This document shows, in pieces, positions 27,040 through 36,625 of a stretch of 64,000 nucleotides of DNA (positions within the stretch are counted from its first letter, which is position 1; every line of letters starts with the position of its first letter). The position numbers and the translations under genes were made by a program. The stretch covers positions 9,419 through 73,418 of the forward strand of contig JBDTOJ010000077.1 in assembly GCA_039933295.1 (NCBI GenBank). Reading direction: 5' to 3'. The notes below the pieces were generated by a model. The model did not search any database, was not told the DNA's origin, and saw nothing but the letters and a program-made list of their open reading frames with translations. This DNA is from Chloroflexota bacterium (lineage in GTDB: Bacteria > Chloroflexota > Limnocylindria > Limnocylindrales > CSP1-4).

Positions 27040-28056
27040 CTACGCCTCGTGTGCTGCGGCGCGGAGTTCCGATGGCGCGATCGCGTGGAGGCGTTCGAGC
27101 AGGTCCCAGGCCGGCTCCTCGGAAACGCGGAGATAGGGGTCATCGGACAGCCGGCCCTGGCGCGCGGACATGGCCACGCTCGCAGCGAGGCGGGCAATGG
27201 CGAGCGAAGGCAGTGCGTCTATTTCGTCGGCCGTGAGCGGACAATTGGCAACGAAGCCTCGGATGATCGCCGTCATCACGCCCAGCGGATCCTCGCGGCC
27301 GAGCATCGCATAGGCACAGGCGACGGCTGCCTCGTGCGCGGTGATCGAATGGATCATGTCCCCGAAGTCGAGCAGTCCGACGACGCGCATGCTGTCGTCG
27401 CTGACCAGGATGTTGTGGTCATTCGCATCGTTGTGGATCACGCTCCTCCGGAGGGTCGCGAACCGCGGCACGAGGTCGGACCGGAGGCGGTCCAGGACGG
27501 CCGCCAACAGGCGTCGCCGGGGGCTGTCGTTGACCGCTTCGAGGCCGAGACGGATCACCGAGCCCGCCTGGAGCACGTCCCACGGGAAGTCTCGATGGGC
27601 TGCGGGGTGATCGAACCCGAGGAGCGCGGTAGCACCTCGTCCCATCTCATGCCCGAGGTCGATCAGGACATCGACCGAGGGCTCACGGAGCGAAGCCATG
27701 GTCCGACCATCGAGCCATGTCAGCAGGCGGGCGTACGGCGGACCGGGATCGCCGAGCGGAACGAGGTCCCGGCCGTCGAGGGAGGACACGAGTTGCTGGA
27801 CGGGTACGCCCGCCGCTGCCAGAAGCGCCATTGCGTGGCCCTGGCACGCCAGGAAGTCGGGCGATTCCTCGAGGTTCGCGATCTTCAGAACGTGCGTGGG
27901 CCGGCCATCACTCGCGCGCACGAGGAAGTTGCGATCACGCTCGCTCGGCAGGTCCTCAAAGGCCCCCGCGATCCCCCAGAAACGGCCAAGTGCGTTGGCC
28001 GCCTCGCCGACCGAAGTGGCCGGCCGGGTCTCGATCCAGGATGTCGATGGTGCCAT
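27040..28056 (-). CDS. Aminoglycoside-phosphotransferase-fold small-molecule kinase (hydroxylysine / homoserine-kinase-II-like)
   Basis: APH family: HVLKIAN, VIHNDANDHNILV (Brenner catalytic loop), LLDFGD. Confidence 0.7.
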   Translation of the reverse strand: MAPSTSWIETRPATSVGEAANALGRFWGIAGAFEDLPSERDRNFLVRASDGRPTHVLKIANLEESPDFLACQGHAMALLAAAGVPVQQLVSSLDGRDLVPLGDPGPPYARLLTWLDGRTMASLREPSVDVLIDLGHEMGRGATALLGFDHPAAHRDFPWDVLQAGSVIRLGLEAVNDSPRRRLLAAVLDRLRSDLVPRFATLRRSVIHNDANDHNILVSDDSMRVVGLLDFGDMIHSITAHEAAVACAYAMLGREDPLGVMTAIIRGFVANCPLTADEIDALPSLAIARLAASVAMSARQGRLSDDPYLRVSEEPAWDLLERLHAIAPSELRAAAHEA

Positions 28057-28100
28057 CGGCCTAGCGTAGCGTGCGGGGACCCTGCGGTAGAGTTGCCCCA

Positions 28101-28176
28101 GTCCCCGTAGCTCAGCGGACAGAGCAACCGCCTTCTAAGCGGAAGGTCGCAGGTTCGAATCCTGCCGGGGGCGCCA
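28101..28176 (+). tRNA. tRNA-Arg (anticodon UCU)
   Basis: Acceptor GTCCCCG/CGGGGGC, D-arm GCTCAGCGGACAGAGC, anticodon loop CTTCTAA, T-arm GCAGG-TTCGAAT-CCTGC, discriminator G, encoded CCA. Confidence 0.85.
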
Positions 28177-28269
28177 CCTTCCGCTCAATGGCGGTCGCAG
28201 GGTCAGGCGCCTGGCGCTCGGTAGGGACGAGGACTTGAATTGGGTCCGAAGCCAACTTCACTCGGGCGC

Positions 28270-29544
28270 TCACCCGGAACCGGAGTCGCGTGGGATGAGC
28301 CACCAGGCCATGAGGGTGCCCGCTGCGGCGGCTACGACGCCGACGACGATGGCCAGTTCGATCGAGAACGTCGACAGCACCCCGGCAATCGCCGCGCCGA
28401 TCGGCCAGCCGGCAAAGTTGAAGGCCATCGAGATGGCAAAGGCTCGGCCCATCCAGGCGGTATCCGTCCGGCGCTGTCGGAGCGTGAACATCGCGACATC
28501 CATTGGGCCGTTGAGCAAGCCGATGAGCGCCATCGACAGCAGGATCGGGCCCAGCCCCGGGATCAGGAGGATCGCAAAGGCCGGCACGAACCCGATCATG
28601 GGACCCGCGAAGAGCCGCGCCTCGCGGCCGCGCATGTCCATGCGGCCAGCCCACAGCCCTGCGCCGACGCCGACGACGCCCTGAAGGGCGAAGACGAGAC
28701 CGACGGCCGTCTCGCCGAGGTGCAGTCGATTGAGGACCAGGAGCGGGACCACGATCGAGACCATGCCGCCGCCGATGTTGAGGGTCGTGATGGACAGCCC
28801 AATCGTGCGGAGCGTCCGATTTCGCCATGTGTACTGGAGACCGTGCCACGAATCCAGCAGCAGGCCACCGCTCGTCGCGACCTCAGTCGCCGGTTCGGGC
28901 ACCGGAGCCAGCACGACCACCGAGATTCCGAGGACGACGGCGATCGACATGAGCGCCGCCGGCCCGCCGACAGTCCCGACCATGAGCGCGGCGAGGGGCG
29001 GTCCGATGATCGTGGCGACGACATAGCCGTTCGAATCGACGGCGTTGACGCGTTCCCAGAGGTTCGGCGGAACCATCAACGGGAAAAGCGTCCGCATGCC
29101 GGTCGCGCCGAGGGGCCCCGTGAGGGACGAGATCGCCGCGATGAAGATCAGCAACTCGGTCGGCAATCGATCGGCGTACGCCAGGACCGCGATCAGGGCC
29201 AGGGAGGCGACCGCGATGATCAGGTCGAGGCGGATCAGCCTTGTGCGGCCGTGGCGATCGAGCAGTGCCCCACCGATCGGGCTGATCAGCAGGCCCGGCA
29301 TGAGGCTCGCGAACGTCACCAGCCCCGCCAACGCTGGCGAACCGTAGCGGGTGAGGCTGAACAGTACGAGCGCGACCCCGATCATCGATTGGCAGATCCG
29401 CACGAGCTGCATCCCGAGGAGCGCCCGTGCGAGGAACGGGACGTTCAGGAGCGCCCGGTATGAAGACGGGGTTGGCGGCTGCGCATTCCGCGCGAGCGCC
29501 GATTCCGGGTCGAGGTCGGCTGGAGTCGTTCCCTGTCTCGGCAT
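28270..29544 (-). CDS. MFS transporter
   Basis: 12 TM helices and the MFS motif LDRHGRTRLIRL between TM2 and TM3. Confidence 0.8.
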   Translation of the reverse strand: MPRQGTTPADLDPESALARNAQPPTPSSYRALLNVPFLARALLGMQLVRICQSMIGVALVLFSLTRYGSPALAGLVTFASLMPGLLISPIGGALLDRHGRTRLIRLDLIIAVASLALIAVLAYADRLPTELLIFIAAISSLTGPLGATGMRTLFPLMVPPNLWERVNAVDSNGYVVATIIGPPLAALMVGTVGGPAALMSIAVVLGISVVVLAPVPEPATEVATSGGLLLDSWHGLQYTWRNRTLRTIGLSITTLNIGGGMVSIVVPLLVLNRLHLGETAVGLVFALQGVVGVGAGLWAGRMDMRGREARLFAGPMIGFVPAFAILLIPGLGPILLSMALIGLLNGPMDVAMFTLRQRRTDTAWMGRAFAISMAFNFAGWPIGAAIAGVLSTFSIELAIVVGVVAAAAGTLMAWWLIPRDSGSG

Positions 29545-29751
29545 CGCCCGATGCTATCGGAGCGGCGGAGCGAACCTCGATTCCGATCGAATCAGGGCGC
29601 CGTGGGCCATGGGTACTGACCGATCTGGAACCGAAGTACGGCTTCCCTCAACTCCCGCGCACTCGTACGTTCATGTCAGCAACAAGCCGGACCGCACCCG
29701 CCCCTACCGGACGGACCCGGCGACAGGCATCAACGTGATCGAAAGGCGACC

Positions 29752-29952
29752 ATGGCAATGGCCTCGATGGCAGTCAACGAACTTGGACCAATGCTCACCG
29801 CCACCGAAGTCGCGGAGATGCTCCATCTCCACGTCAACACGGTCAAGCGATTGGGCGATCGCGGCGAGCTCCCGTTCTATCGGGTTTGCAAGCGCGGCGA
29901 TCGACGTTTCCGGCTCCAGGACGTCCTGCGTTTCCTGCACCAGAACCGCTAG
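29752..29952 (+). CDS. Excisionase-family / MerR-type helix-turn-helix DNA-binding protein (66 aa)
   Basis: LTATEVAEMLHLHVNTVKRLGDRGELPFYRV matches the excisionase-family HTH pattern. Confidence 0.55.
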   Translation: MAMASMAVNELGPMLTATEVAEMLHLHVNTVKRLGDRGELPFYRVCKRGDRRFRLQDVLRFLHQNR

Positions 29953-29998
29953 CGACCCAACGGCGGGCCGAGCCCGCCAGCGTCAACGCGAGCGGTGG

Positions 29999-31297
29999 TC
30001 AGACCGTTCGTAACGCCTCGCCGAAGATCTCAAGACCCTCGGCGATTTCGGCGCGCGTGGCGTCGATCGGTGGGATCCACCTGACCACCTGGTGCTGAGC
30101 GCCGCACGACAGGACGAGCAGGCCGAGATCGGCCGCCCTCGCGACCAGCCGATCGACGATCGCGCCGTCAGCGGCCTTGGTCACGCGGTCGGAGACGAAT
30201 TCGACCCCAAGCATCAAGCCCGGCCCGCGGACGTCGCCGATGCGCTCGTCCTCGGCCTTGAGCCGGTTGAGCCCCGCCGTCAATTCCGCCCCTCGTGCGG
30301 CGGCATTGGCAACGAGTCCCTCGACCTCGATGGTCTCGAGGACGGCCAGCGCCGCAGCGCAGGCCACGGGATTGCCGCCGTAAGTTGACCCGTGGGCGCC
30401 GCGCCCCCACTGCTCCTGCAGAGCACGGGACGTCGCGATCGCAGATAGCGGCAGGCCATTGGCGATCGCCTTGGCGATGCACACGACATCCGGGACGATC
30501 CCGGCGTGTTCGAAGGCCCACATCTTCCCGGTTCGCCCATAGCCGGTCTGGACCTCGTCGGCCACGAGCAGGATCCCGTGTTCGTCGCAGATCTCGCGGA
30601 GTCCGCGCAGGAAGGCGGCCGGGCCGGGAAGGTAGCCACCTTCGCCCTGGACCGGCTCGACGAAGATCGCGGCGACGCTCGAAGCCGGGGCAATGCTCGT
30701 GAGCATCGTTCGAAGGTGGTCCAGCGCGGCCTCGGAGGCCCGAGCCTCGTCACCATCGAAATCGCGCCAGACCTGGGGAAATGGCGCGAAGTAGATGGAC
30801 GGCACCATCGGGTCGTAACCCTGCCGGTAATTCGGCGATGAACTGGTCATCGAGGTCGCCCCGTAGGTGCGCCCGTGGAAGGCACCCGCGAAGGCGATGA
30901 TTGCGGGGCGCCCAGTCACGCGACGAACCAGCTTCATGGCTCCATCGATCGCCTCCGACCCGGAGTTGAGCAGGAAGATCGAGTCGATCGGATCCGGCAG
31001 TGTTGCCGCGAGTCGATCGACCAGGCGGACCACGGGCTCGGAGTACCCGATCGCCCCGGTCGGCCCGATGAGCTTGTCCACCTGAGCGTGGATCGCGGCT
31101 GTGACCGCCGGATGGGCATGGCCGAGCGCGGTGACAGCAATGCCGTTCGCGAAGTCGAGGTAGGCCCTGCCCGCCGTGTCGTACAGCCGGTGACCGATCC
31201 CGTGGCTCCACGAACGCTCGAAATAGCGCCCGAGAACCGGGGTCAGATGGCCGTCCGCGAGGGCGGCGAGATCGAGGGTGCCAAGTGTGTCTTTCAT
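29999..31297 (-). CDS. Class-III aminotransferase (GABA / 5-aminovalerate / acetylornithine aminotransferase family)
   Basis: LNSGSEAIDGAMKLVR, ADEVQTGYGRTGKMWAFEH, CIAKAIANGLPLSA (PLP Lys), STYGGNP. Start ATG at 31297 (MKDTLG). The ORF extension to 32311 is antisense to the ACAD gene and was rejected. Confidence 0.85.
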   Translation of the reverse strand: MKDTLGTLDLAALADGHLTPVLGRYFERSWSHGIGHRLYDTAGRAYLDFANGIAVTALGHAHPAVTAAIHAQVDKLIGPTGAIGYSEPVVRLVDRLAATLPDPIDSIFLLNSGSEAIDGAMKLVRRVTGRPAIIAFAGAFHGRTYGATSMTSSSPNYRQGYDPMVPSIYFAPFPQVWRDFDGDEARASEAALDHLRTMLTSIAPASSVAAIFVEPVQGEGGYLPGPAAFLRGLREICDEHGILLVADEVQTGYGRTGKMWAFEHAGIVPDVVCIAKAIANGLPLSAIATSRALQEQWGRGAHGSTYGGNPVACAAALAVLETIEVEGLVANAAARGAELTAGLNRLKAEDERIGDVRGPGLMLGVEFVSDRVTKAADGAIVDRLVARAADLGLLVLSCGAQHQVVRWIPPIDATRAEIAEGLEIFGEALRTV

Positions 31298-31381
31298 GGG
31301 TGGCGAGTATAGGCGGCCACCCCGGGCGCTCGCGGTGGCATCATTCGCGGGCAGCCCGTCCTTCCGCTTCTCGAGGTACCC

Positions 31382-32620
31382 GTGTCCATCGACTTCCGCC
31401 TGACCGACGAGAACAAGCTCGTCCAGCAGACCGTCCGCGACTTTGCCGAGAACGAGATCCTGCCCCACATCCGCGAGTGGGACGAGAAGGGCGAAGTGCA
31501 TCGCGAGGTCTTCGCGCGGATGGGCGAGCTCGGGCTGCTCGGCGCCCCGATCCACGAGGCGTGGGGCGGTTCCGGGATGGACTACCTCAGCTTCGCCATC
31601 ATCTGCGAGGAACTCGAGCGTGCGGATACGGCCTTCCGCGTCGTCCAGAGCGTCCACGTCGGCCTGAACTCGCTGACGCTCATGCAGTGGGCGACCGAAG
31701 AACAGAAGCAGCGCTGGCTCGTGCCCCAGGCGCGCGGCGAGAAGCTCGCGACCTTCGGCCTCACCGAGCCGGGAGTCGGGACGGATGCTGCCAGTCTGGC
31801 CTCGACCGCGCGCCGGGACGGCGATTCCTACGTTCTCAACGGCGAGAAGATCTGGATCAGCCTCGCCGACGTGGCGGACCATTTCCTCGTTTTCGCATCG
31901 GTCGATCGCTCGAAGAAGCACAAGGGCGTCACGGCGTTCCTGCTCGAGCGCGGGATGGCCGGTCTGACGACCGGAACGCTCCACGGCAAGCTCGGGATCC
32001 GGGCGGGGAACACCGGCCTGATCAACATGGACAACGTCCGCGTCACCGCCGACCACCGCATCGGCGAGGAGGGCGAGGGATTCACGATCGCCATGAGCGC
32101 GATCGACCAGGGGCGGTTCACGGTCGCTGCCGGGAACGTCGGCCTCGCTCAGGCGTCCCTGGATGCATCCTTGAAGTACGCCCACGAGCGCCAGACGTTC
32201 GGCGATGAGATCGGGCGACATCAGCTCGTGAAGCAGATGCTCGCGAAGATGCTGGCCGGCATCGAGGCCGGGCGGCTCCTCGTCTGGCGCGCGGCATTCC
32301 TGAAGAACCATGGGGTCCGGAACACCCGCGAGACGTCACTCGCCAAGTGGTTTGCGACCGATCATGCCGTCGCAAGTGCGCTCGATGCCATCCAGATCCA
32401 CGGCGCCAACGGGTACAGCAACGAATTCCCGGTCGAGCGATACCTCCGCAACTCGAAGGCGGCGGTCATCTACGAGGGAACGAGCCAGCTCCACACGCTG
32501 ATTCAGGCGGACTACGCCCTCGGGTATCGCGAGGATCGCCCGATCCGCTGTGAGCCGCTGCCGGCTCACGGGTTCGATCGGCTTCCGACCTCGGTCGCCG
32601 CTAGCGCCGGCCGAGCCTGA
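31382..32620 (+). CDS. Acyl-CoA dehydrogenase (glutaryl-CoA-dehydrogenase-like)
   Basis: ACAD fold: FGLTEPGVGTDAAS, WISLADVADHFLVFA, catalytic-base region YEGTSQ. Confidence 0.85.
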   Translation: MSIDFRLTDENKLVQQTVRDFAENEILPHIREWDEKGEVHREVFARMGELGLLGAPIHEAWGGSGMDYLSFAIICEELERADTAFRVVQSVHVGLNSLTLMQWATEEQKQRWLVPQARGEKLATFGLTEPGVGTDAASLASTARRDGDSYVLNGEKIWISLADVADHFLVFASVDRSKKHKGVTAFLLERGMAGLTTGTLHGKLGIRAGNTGLINMDNVRVTADHRIGEEGEGFTIAMSAIDQGRFTVAAGNVGLAQASLDASLKYAHERQTFGDEIGRHQLVKQMLAKMLAGIEAGRLLVWRAAFLKNHGVRNTRETSLAKWFATDHAVASALDAIQIHGANGYSNEFPVERYLRNSKAAVIYEGTSQLHTLIQADYALGYREDRPIRCEPLPAHGFDRLPTSVAASAGRA

Positions 32621-32640
32621 CCTCCTCCAACCAACCAGAA

Positions 32641-34686
32641 GTGGAGACGGAAGCCGGCCAATTCAGCACCGCTGAGATCCGCACGCTGGCGTCCCTCGCG
32701 GAGACGTTCGTCCCCGGCGTTGATGGCGTCCGGATCGGGGAACTCGCGGCAGGGGCGCTCGTCCGTGCCGCCGACCCGGCGCAGGTGACCCAGCTTCGAC
32801 TCGTGTTGCGGCTCCTGGAGCAGCCGCTGGCGAACCTCGCGACGGCGGGGCGCCTCGCAGGTCTGACGGCCATGACGATCCCGGAGCGCGAGCGACTCAT
32901 GCTCCGTTGGGCGTACTCGCCGCTCGCCCTCAAGAGATCCGGGTTCCAGGCGCTCCGCAAGATCCTGTCCTTCCTCGCCTACTCGGCTCCCGATGGCGAC
33001 GGACGGTACAGCCTCCTCGAAGCGATTGGATACGTGACCGATGACCCGCCGGCGACGACGCAGCCGACGAGCGTGAAGCCGACGCTCATCGACCGGACGC
33101 CCGGCCCGGACCCGATCCATCTGGAAGCCGACGTGATCGTGGTGGGATCCGGCGCCGGCGGCGGGGTGATGGCCTCGGAACTCGCGGCTGCGGGCCGATC
33201 CGTGCTGGTTCTCGAAGCCGGCCCGGCCCTTGACGAGACGACCATGCCGCGGACCGAACTGGACGCGTTTTCGCGCCTCTACCTCAACCACGGGCTGCTC
33301 TCGACCTGGGATGGATCGGTGAGCATGCTCGCCGGGTCCGCGGTCGGCGGGGGAACGGTCATCAACTGGATGACCTGCATCGACGTCCCGGAGCCGGTTC
33401 GAGCCGAGTGGGCCCTCGATCACGGGTTGGACGGGATCGACGGGTCGGAGTGGGATGCGGATCGAACGCAGATCGAGCTCGAGATTGGAGTGACCGATAC
33501 CTCGTTCGTGCCGCCCAAGGACGAGGCGATCCTGCGCGGCGCGGCTGTGCTGGGATGGGAAGCAGGAACGATCCATCGAAACGCTCGAGCGTGCACGGAC
33601 TGCGGCAGCTGTCCGTTCGGTTGCCCGCGCGGCGCCAAGCAAGGCGGCCTCCGCGCCCATCTCGCCTCGGCTGCCGCGAATGGCGCCCGGATCGTGGATC
33701 GGGTGCGAGTCACAAACCTGATCATCGAGGGTAGCCGGGTCGTCGGTGTCGAGGGCAACGTCCTCGTCGAGGACCCGATCAGCGGCATGCCCGTGCTCGG
33801 GCGACACGGGGACCCGACATCAGCGCGGGTTCGACGACTCGTGGCTCGCGCACCGCAGGTCGTGCTCGCCGCCGGCGCTCTCAGGAGCCCGGCGATCCTC
33901 CAGGGCAGTGGCGCCCATCACCGGGCCGTGGGCCGCTACCTGCGGATCCACCCCGTGCCCGTCGTCGCGGGCCGGATGGCGACGCCCGTTGACATGTGGC
34001 AGGGCACCATGCAGGCGGCCCGGTCCGTGCAGTTCATGCATGCCGAAGCTGGCCGCCGGGGCTACGTCATCGAATCAGCGCCGGGGCATCCGGGGCTGTT
34101 GGCACTCGCGGTTCCGTGGGACGGAGCCGAGGATCACGCAGGCTGGCTCCGGCAAAGCCGATACCTCGTGCCGCTGGTGGCCGTCACGAGGGATGGCGGG
34201 GAGGGCCGGACGACGCTGACAGGCGCCGGTCGCGTTCGCATCGACTACCGCCTCGATGCAGCGGGGATCCGGACCCTTCGGCATGCAGCAGGGTCGATGG
34301 CCCGTCTGGCACGTGCAGCCGGGGCGGTCGAGATCCTGGCGGCGGCGACGCCGATCCTGCGCCACGTCGCGGATGGGAATGACGAGTCGGCCCGGTTCGA
34401 GGCGTTCATCGCCCGGGTCGAGGCGATGGACTTCAGCCCGAACCGCGGCACCGTGTTCTCGGCGCACCAGATGGGCACGATCCGGATGGGCGCCGATCCC
34501 CGCGACCATGCGGCCGATCCGCGCGGCAGGGTACGTGGTGCCGATGGCGGGATCATCGGCGGGCTCTACGTGACCGACACGTCCACGTTCCCGACGGGTG
34601 TCGGGGTCAACCCGATGCTCGCCGTCATGTCGATGGCCCGAAGGGTCAGTCGGAGCGTCCTGGCTGAGGGTCAGGCTCCAGGCTGA
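32641..34686 (+). CDS. GMC-family FAD oxidoreductase with about 130-aa N-terminal extension (long-chain alcohol oxidase-like architecture)
   Basis: FAD-binding motif DVIVVGSGAGGGVMASELAAAGRSVLVLEAG. C-terminal GMC signature HQMGTIRMGADP...GGLYVTDTSTFPTGVGVNPM. Confidence 0.75.
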   Translation: METEAGQFSTAEIRTLASLAETFVPGVDGVRIGELAAGALVRAADPAQVTQLRLVLRLLEQPLANLATAGRLAGLTAMTIPERERLMLRWAYSPLALKRSGFQALRKILSFLAYSAPDGDGRYSLLEAIGYVTDDPPATTQPTSVKPTLIDRTPGPDPIHLEADVIVVGSGAGGGVMASELAAAGRSVLVLEAGPALDETTMPRTELDAFSRLYLNHGLLSTWDGSVSMLAGSAVGGGTVINWMTCIDVPEPVRAEWALDHGLDGIDGSEWDADRTQIELEIGVTDTSFVPPKDEAILRGAAVLGWEAGTIHRNARACTDCGSCPFGCPRGAKQGGLRAHLASAAANGARIVDRVRVTNLIIEGSRVVGVEGNVLVEDPISGMPVLGRHGDPTSARVRRLVARAPQVVLAAGALRSPAILQGSGAHHRAVGRYLRIHPVPVVAGRMATPVDMWQGTMQAARSVQFMHAEAGRRGYVIESAPGHPGLLALAVPWDGAEDHAGWLRQSRYLVPLVAVTRDGGEGRTTLTGAGRVRIDYRLDAAGIRTLRHAAGSMARLARAAGAVEILAAATPILRHVADGNDESARFEAFIARVEAMDFSPNRGTVFSAHQMGTIRMGADPRDHAADPRGRVRGADGGIIGGLYVTDTSTFPTGVGVNPMLAVMSMARRVSRSVLAEGQAPG

Positions 34687-35662
34687 TCGGCCCCGGCTGA
34701 GGTGCCGAGGCAACCATCGCCACTTCCGGATCGACCGCCGCCGACGCGCGCAGTGCCCGTGCCGAGCGACCGCGCGCAGTGACGATCATGGCGACCGAAA
34801 CAACGATCACGGCCGAGGCGACGATCGTTCGCGGGGTGATGGGTTCGGACAGGAAGATGGCACCGAGCCCGAAGGCCACGACGGGATTGACGTAGGCGTA
34901 GGTCCCGACGAGGGACAGCGGCGCATTTCGCAGAAGCCACGCGTAGGCGTTGAATCCGAGCAGGCTGCCGATGAAGATCAGGTAGACCATGGCCCCGATC
35001 GATCTCGTCGTGATGTCCTCGCCATGGAACCGCCCGAGTTCGCCGGTCACGACACCCTCGAGGAAGAGGGCCAGCGAGCCGGCCAACATCTGGATCGCGG
35101 TCGAGGTCAACGGACGCTGCGGCAGATCGGCCCTGCGGGCGGAGAACAACGAGCCGTGGGCCCAGCCGACCGGACTCAGGAGGAGCGCGGCGATCCCGAC
35201 GACCTCGAACGCGACGCCGCCCTCGGGCCAGACCAGCAGGGTGACCCCGGCGAGTCCCAGGCCGATCCCTGCCACAACGATTTTCGGGAGGCGATCTCGA
35301 AAGTAGATCCAGCCAAGGAGCGCCAGCCAGAGCGGCATCAGCGCGATCAGGACGGCCGCCACTCCCGTCGCGACGGTCAGCTCGCCGTACGCCACGAAAC
35401 CGTTGCCGATACCCAGCAGCAGCGCGCCGACGATCGCGGCGTCGCGAATCTGGCGACGTGTCGGGCGAACGCGCAGAAGGTCACCGCGGACGATCTCGAG
35501 GACCAGGAGCAGAGAGCCGGCAATCGCAAATCGGATCGACAGCATCAGGAACGGGGGGATGCTTTCGATGGCGATCGCCATCCCGAGGTAGGTCGAGCCC
35601 CACACCACATAGAGCGTGGCGAGGGCTGCCCAGAGCGCGGGGCCGCCGGTCCGTTTTGGCAT
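34646..35662 (-). CDS. EamA/DMT-family transporter
   Basis: 10 TM helices in two EamA repeats. Its 3' end overlaps the convergent GMC gene by about 40 nt. Confidence 0.75.
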   Translation of the reverse strand: MPKRTGGPALWAALATLYVVWGSTYLGMAIAIESIPPFLMLSIRFAIAGSLLLVLEIVRGDLLRVRPTRRQIRDAAIVGALLLGIGNGFVAYGELTVATGVAAVLIALMPLWLALLGWIYFRDRLPKIVVAGIGLGLAGVTLLVWPEGGVAFEVVGIAALLLSPVGWAHGSLFSARRADLPQRPLTSTAIQMLAGSLALFLEGVVTGELGRFHGEDITTRSIGAMVYLIFIGSLLGFNAYAWLLRNAPLSLVGTYAYVNPVVAFGLGAIFLSEPITPRTIVASAVIVVSVAMIVTARGRSARALRASAAVDPEVAMVASAPQPGPISLEPDPQPGRSD

Positions 35663-35797
35663 AGTCAACTGGTCCAAGATGCGGAGTGTAGCGTGACTCA
35701 GGCGCGGACGCCAGCCCGAATTAGCCGCCGGTTCGGGCAGCGACCGCCAGCCTCCAAGCCGCCACCTGGGCCGGATCAGGCCGTGAAAGCTGCGTCT

Positions 35798-36625
35798 TCA
35801 GGCCGCTAGCGCAGCCCCGGACCCCGGACGGCAGGACCGGCAGGGACGGTAGCCATCGAGCACGGCCATGCCGAGGGATCGGAAGGGCCGCCGGTGCCGC
35901 TCCGTGATCCTTCGAGCGTGATGGCAGGTCGGCAGGCACACGACGTGGGTCGTCGCCGAGCCGACGTAGCGGAAGCCGGATCGGGCCGCGGATTCCATCT
36001 CGATCAGGTCCAGGCCCTCGGCGGTGAGCACCGTTCGCTTCGCCTCAGGCCCGCCGAGTGAATACTGGCCGATGGAACCATCGCTCCTGACGACGCGATG
36101 GCAGGGCACAACGAGCGGCACGGGGTTGTGGGAGAGCGCGGTTCCAACGGCCCGCACGGCCTTCGGACGACCGATCTCCGCGGCGATCCAGCCGTATGGG
36201 CGGACCTCGCCTCGAGGGATCTCGAGGGCCTTGAGCCAGACCGCGACCTCGAACTCGGTGTGCCCGCGCAGGTCGAGATCAATCCGAACGCGCCGATTGC
36301 CGGCGAGGCGGGCCTCAATGGCGCGCGCCAGCGGCTCTGGCACCCGTTCGACTCGATGGAGGGGACGTCCGACGCGGTCTCCGAACCGCGCGGCCAGCAG
36401 ATCCGGGTCGCCGGCCCGGTCGATCCACGAGATCCCGCGCCCGTTCCAGACGACCCCGATGGGTCCCAACGGGGATGGGAGCTCCGCCCACATGTCGGCC
36501 AGCCCGAGGTCGGTCAGGACAGCCCGGGCAAGGTGTTCGGGAGCGGGCAAAGCGAGGTCCGCGAGGTCAGCCCGGAGGCCGTCCGGCGCCGTTGCGAGCA
36601 TCGGCTCGGCGCGAGTTCGAGTCAT
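35798..36625 (-). CDS. Methylated-DNA-protein-cysteine methyltransferase (MGMT/Ogt) fused to a C-terminal Ada-type Zn-binding (methylphosphotriester-repair) domain
   Basis: NPVPLVVPCHRVV (PCHR active site) in the DNA-binding domain. The C-terminus is VCLPTCHHARRITERHRRPFRSLGMAVLDGYRPCRSCRP. It matches E. coli Ada N-domain FCRPSCRARHALRENVSFYANASEALAAGFRPCKRCQP, with all four Zn Cys aligned. The ATG overlaps the sigma-factor stop. Confidence 0.75.
   Translation of the reverse strand: MTRTRAEPMLATAPDGLRADLADLALPAPEHLARAVLTDLGLADMWAELPSPLGPIGVVWNGRGISWIDRAGDPDLLAARFGDRVGRPLHRVERVPEPLARAIEARLAGNRRVRIDLDLRGHTEFEVAVWLKALEIPRGEVRPYGWIAAEIGRPKAVRAVGTALSHNPVPLVVPCHRVVRSDGSIGQYSLGGPEAKRTVLTAEGLDLIEMESAARSGFRYVGSATTHVVCLPTCHHARRITERHRRPFRSLGMAVLDGYRPCRSCRPGSGAALAA

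Noticed and set aside
29999-32311. 770-aa minus-strand ORF extending the aminotransferase N-terminally through the acyl-CoA dehydrogenase gene
   Set aside because: The N-terminal 340 aa is antisense to a clear ACAD gene and has no motifs. The aminotransferase fold begins at MKDTLG (ATG 31297).
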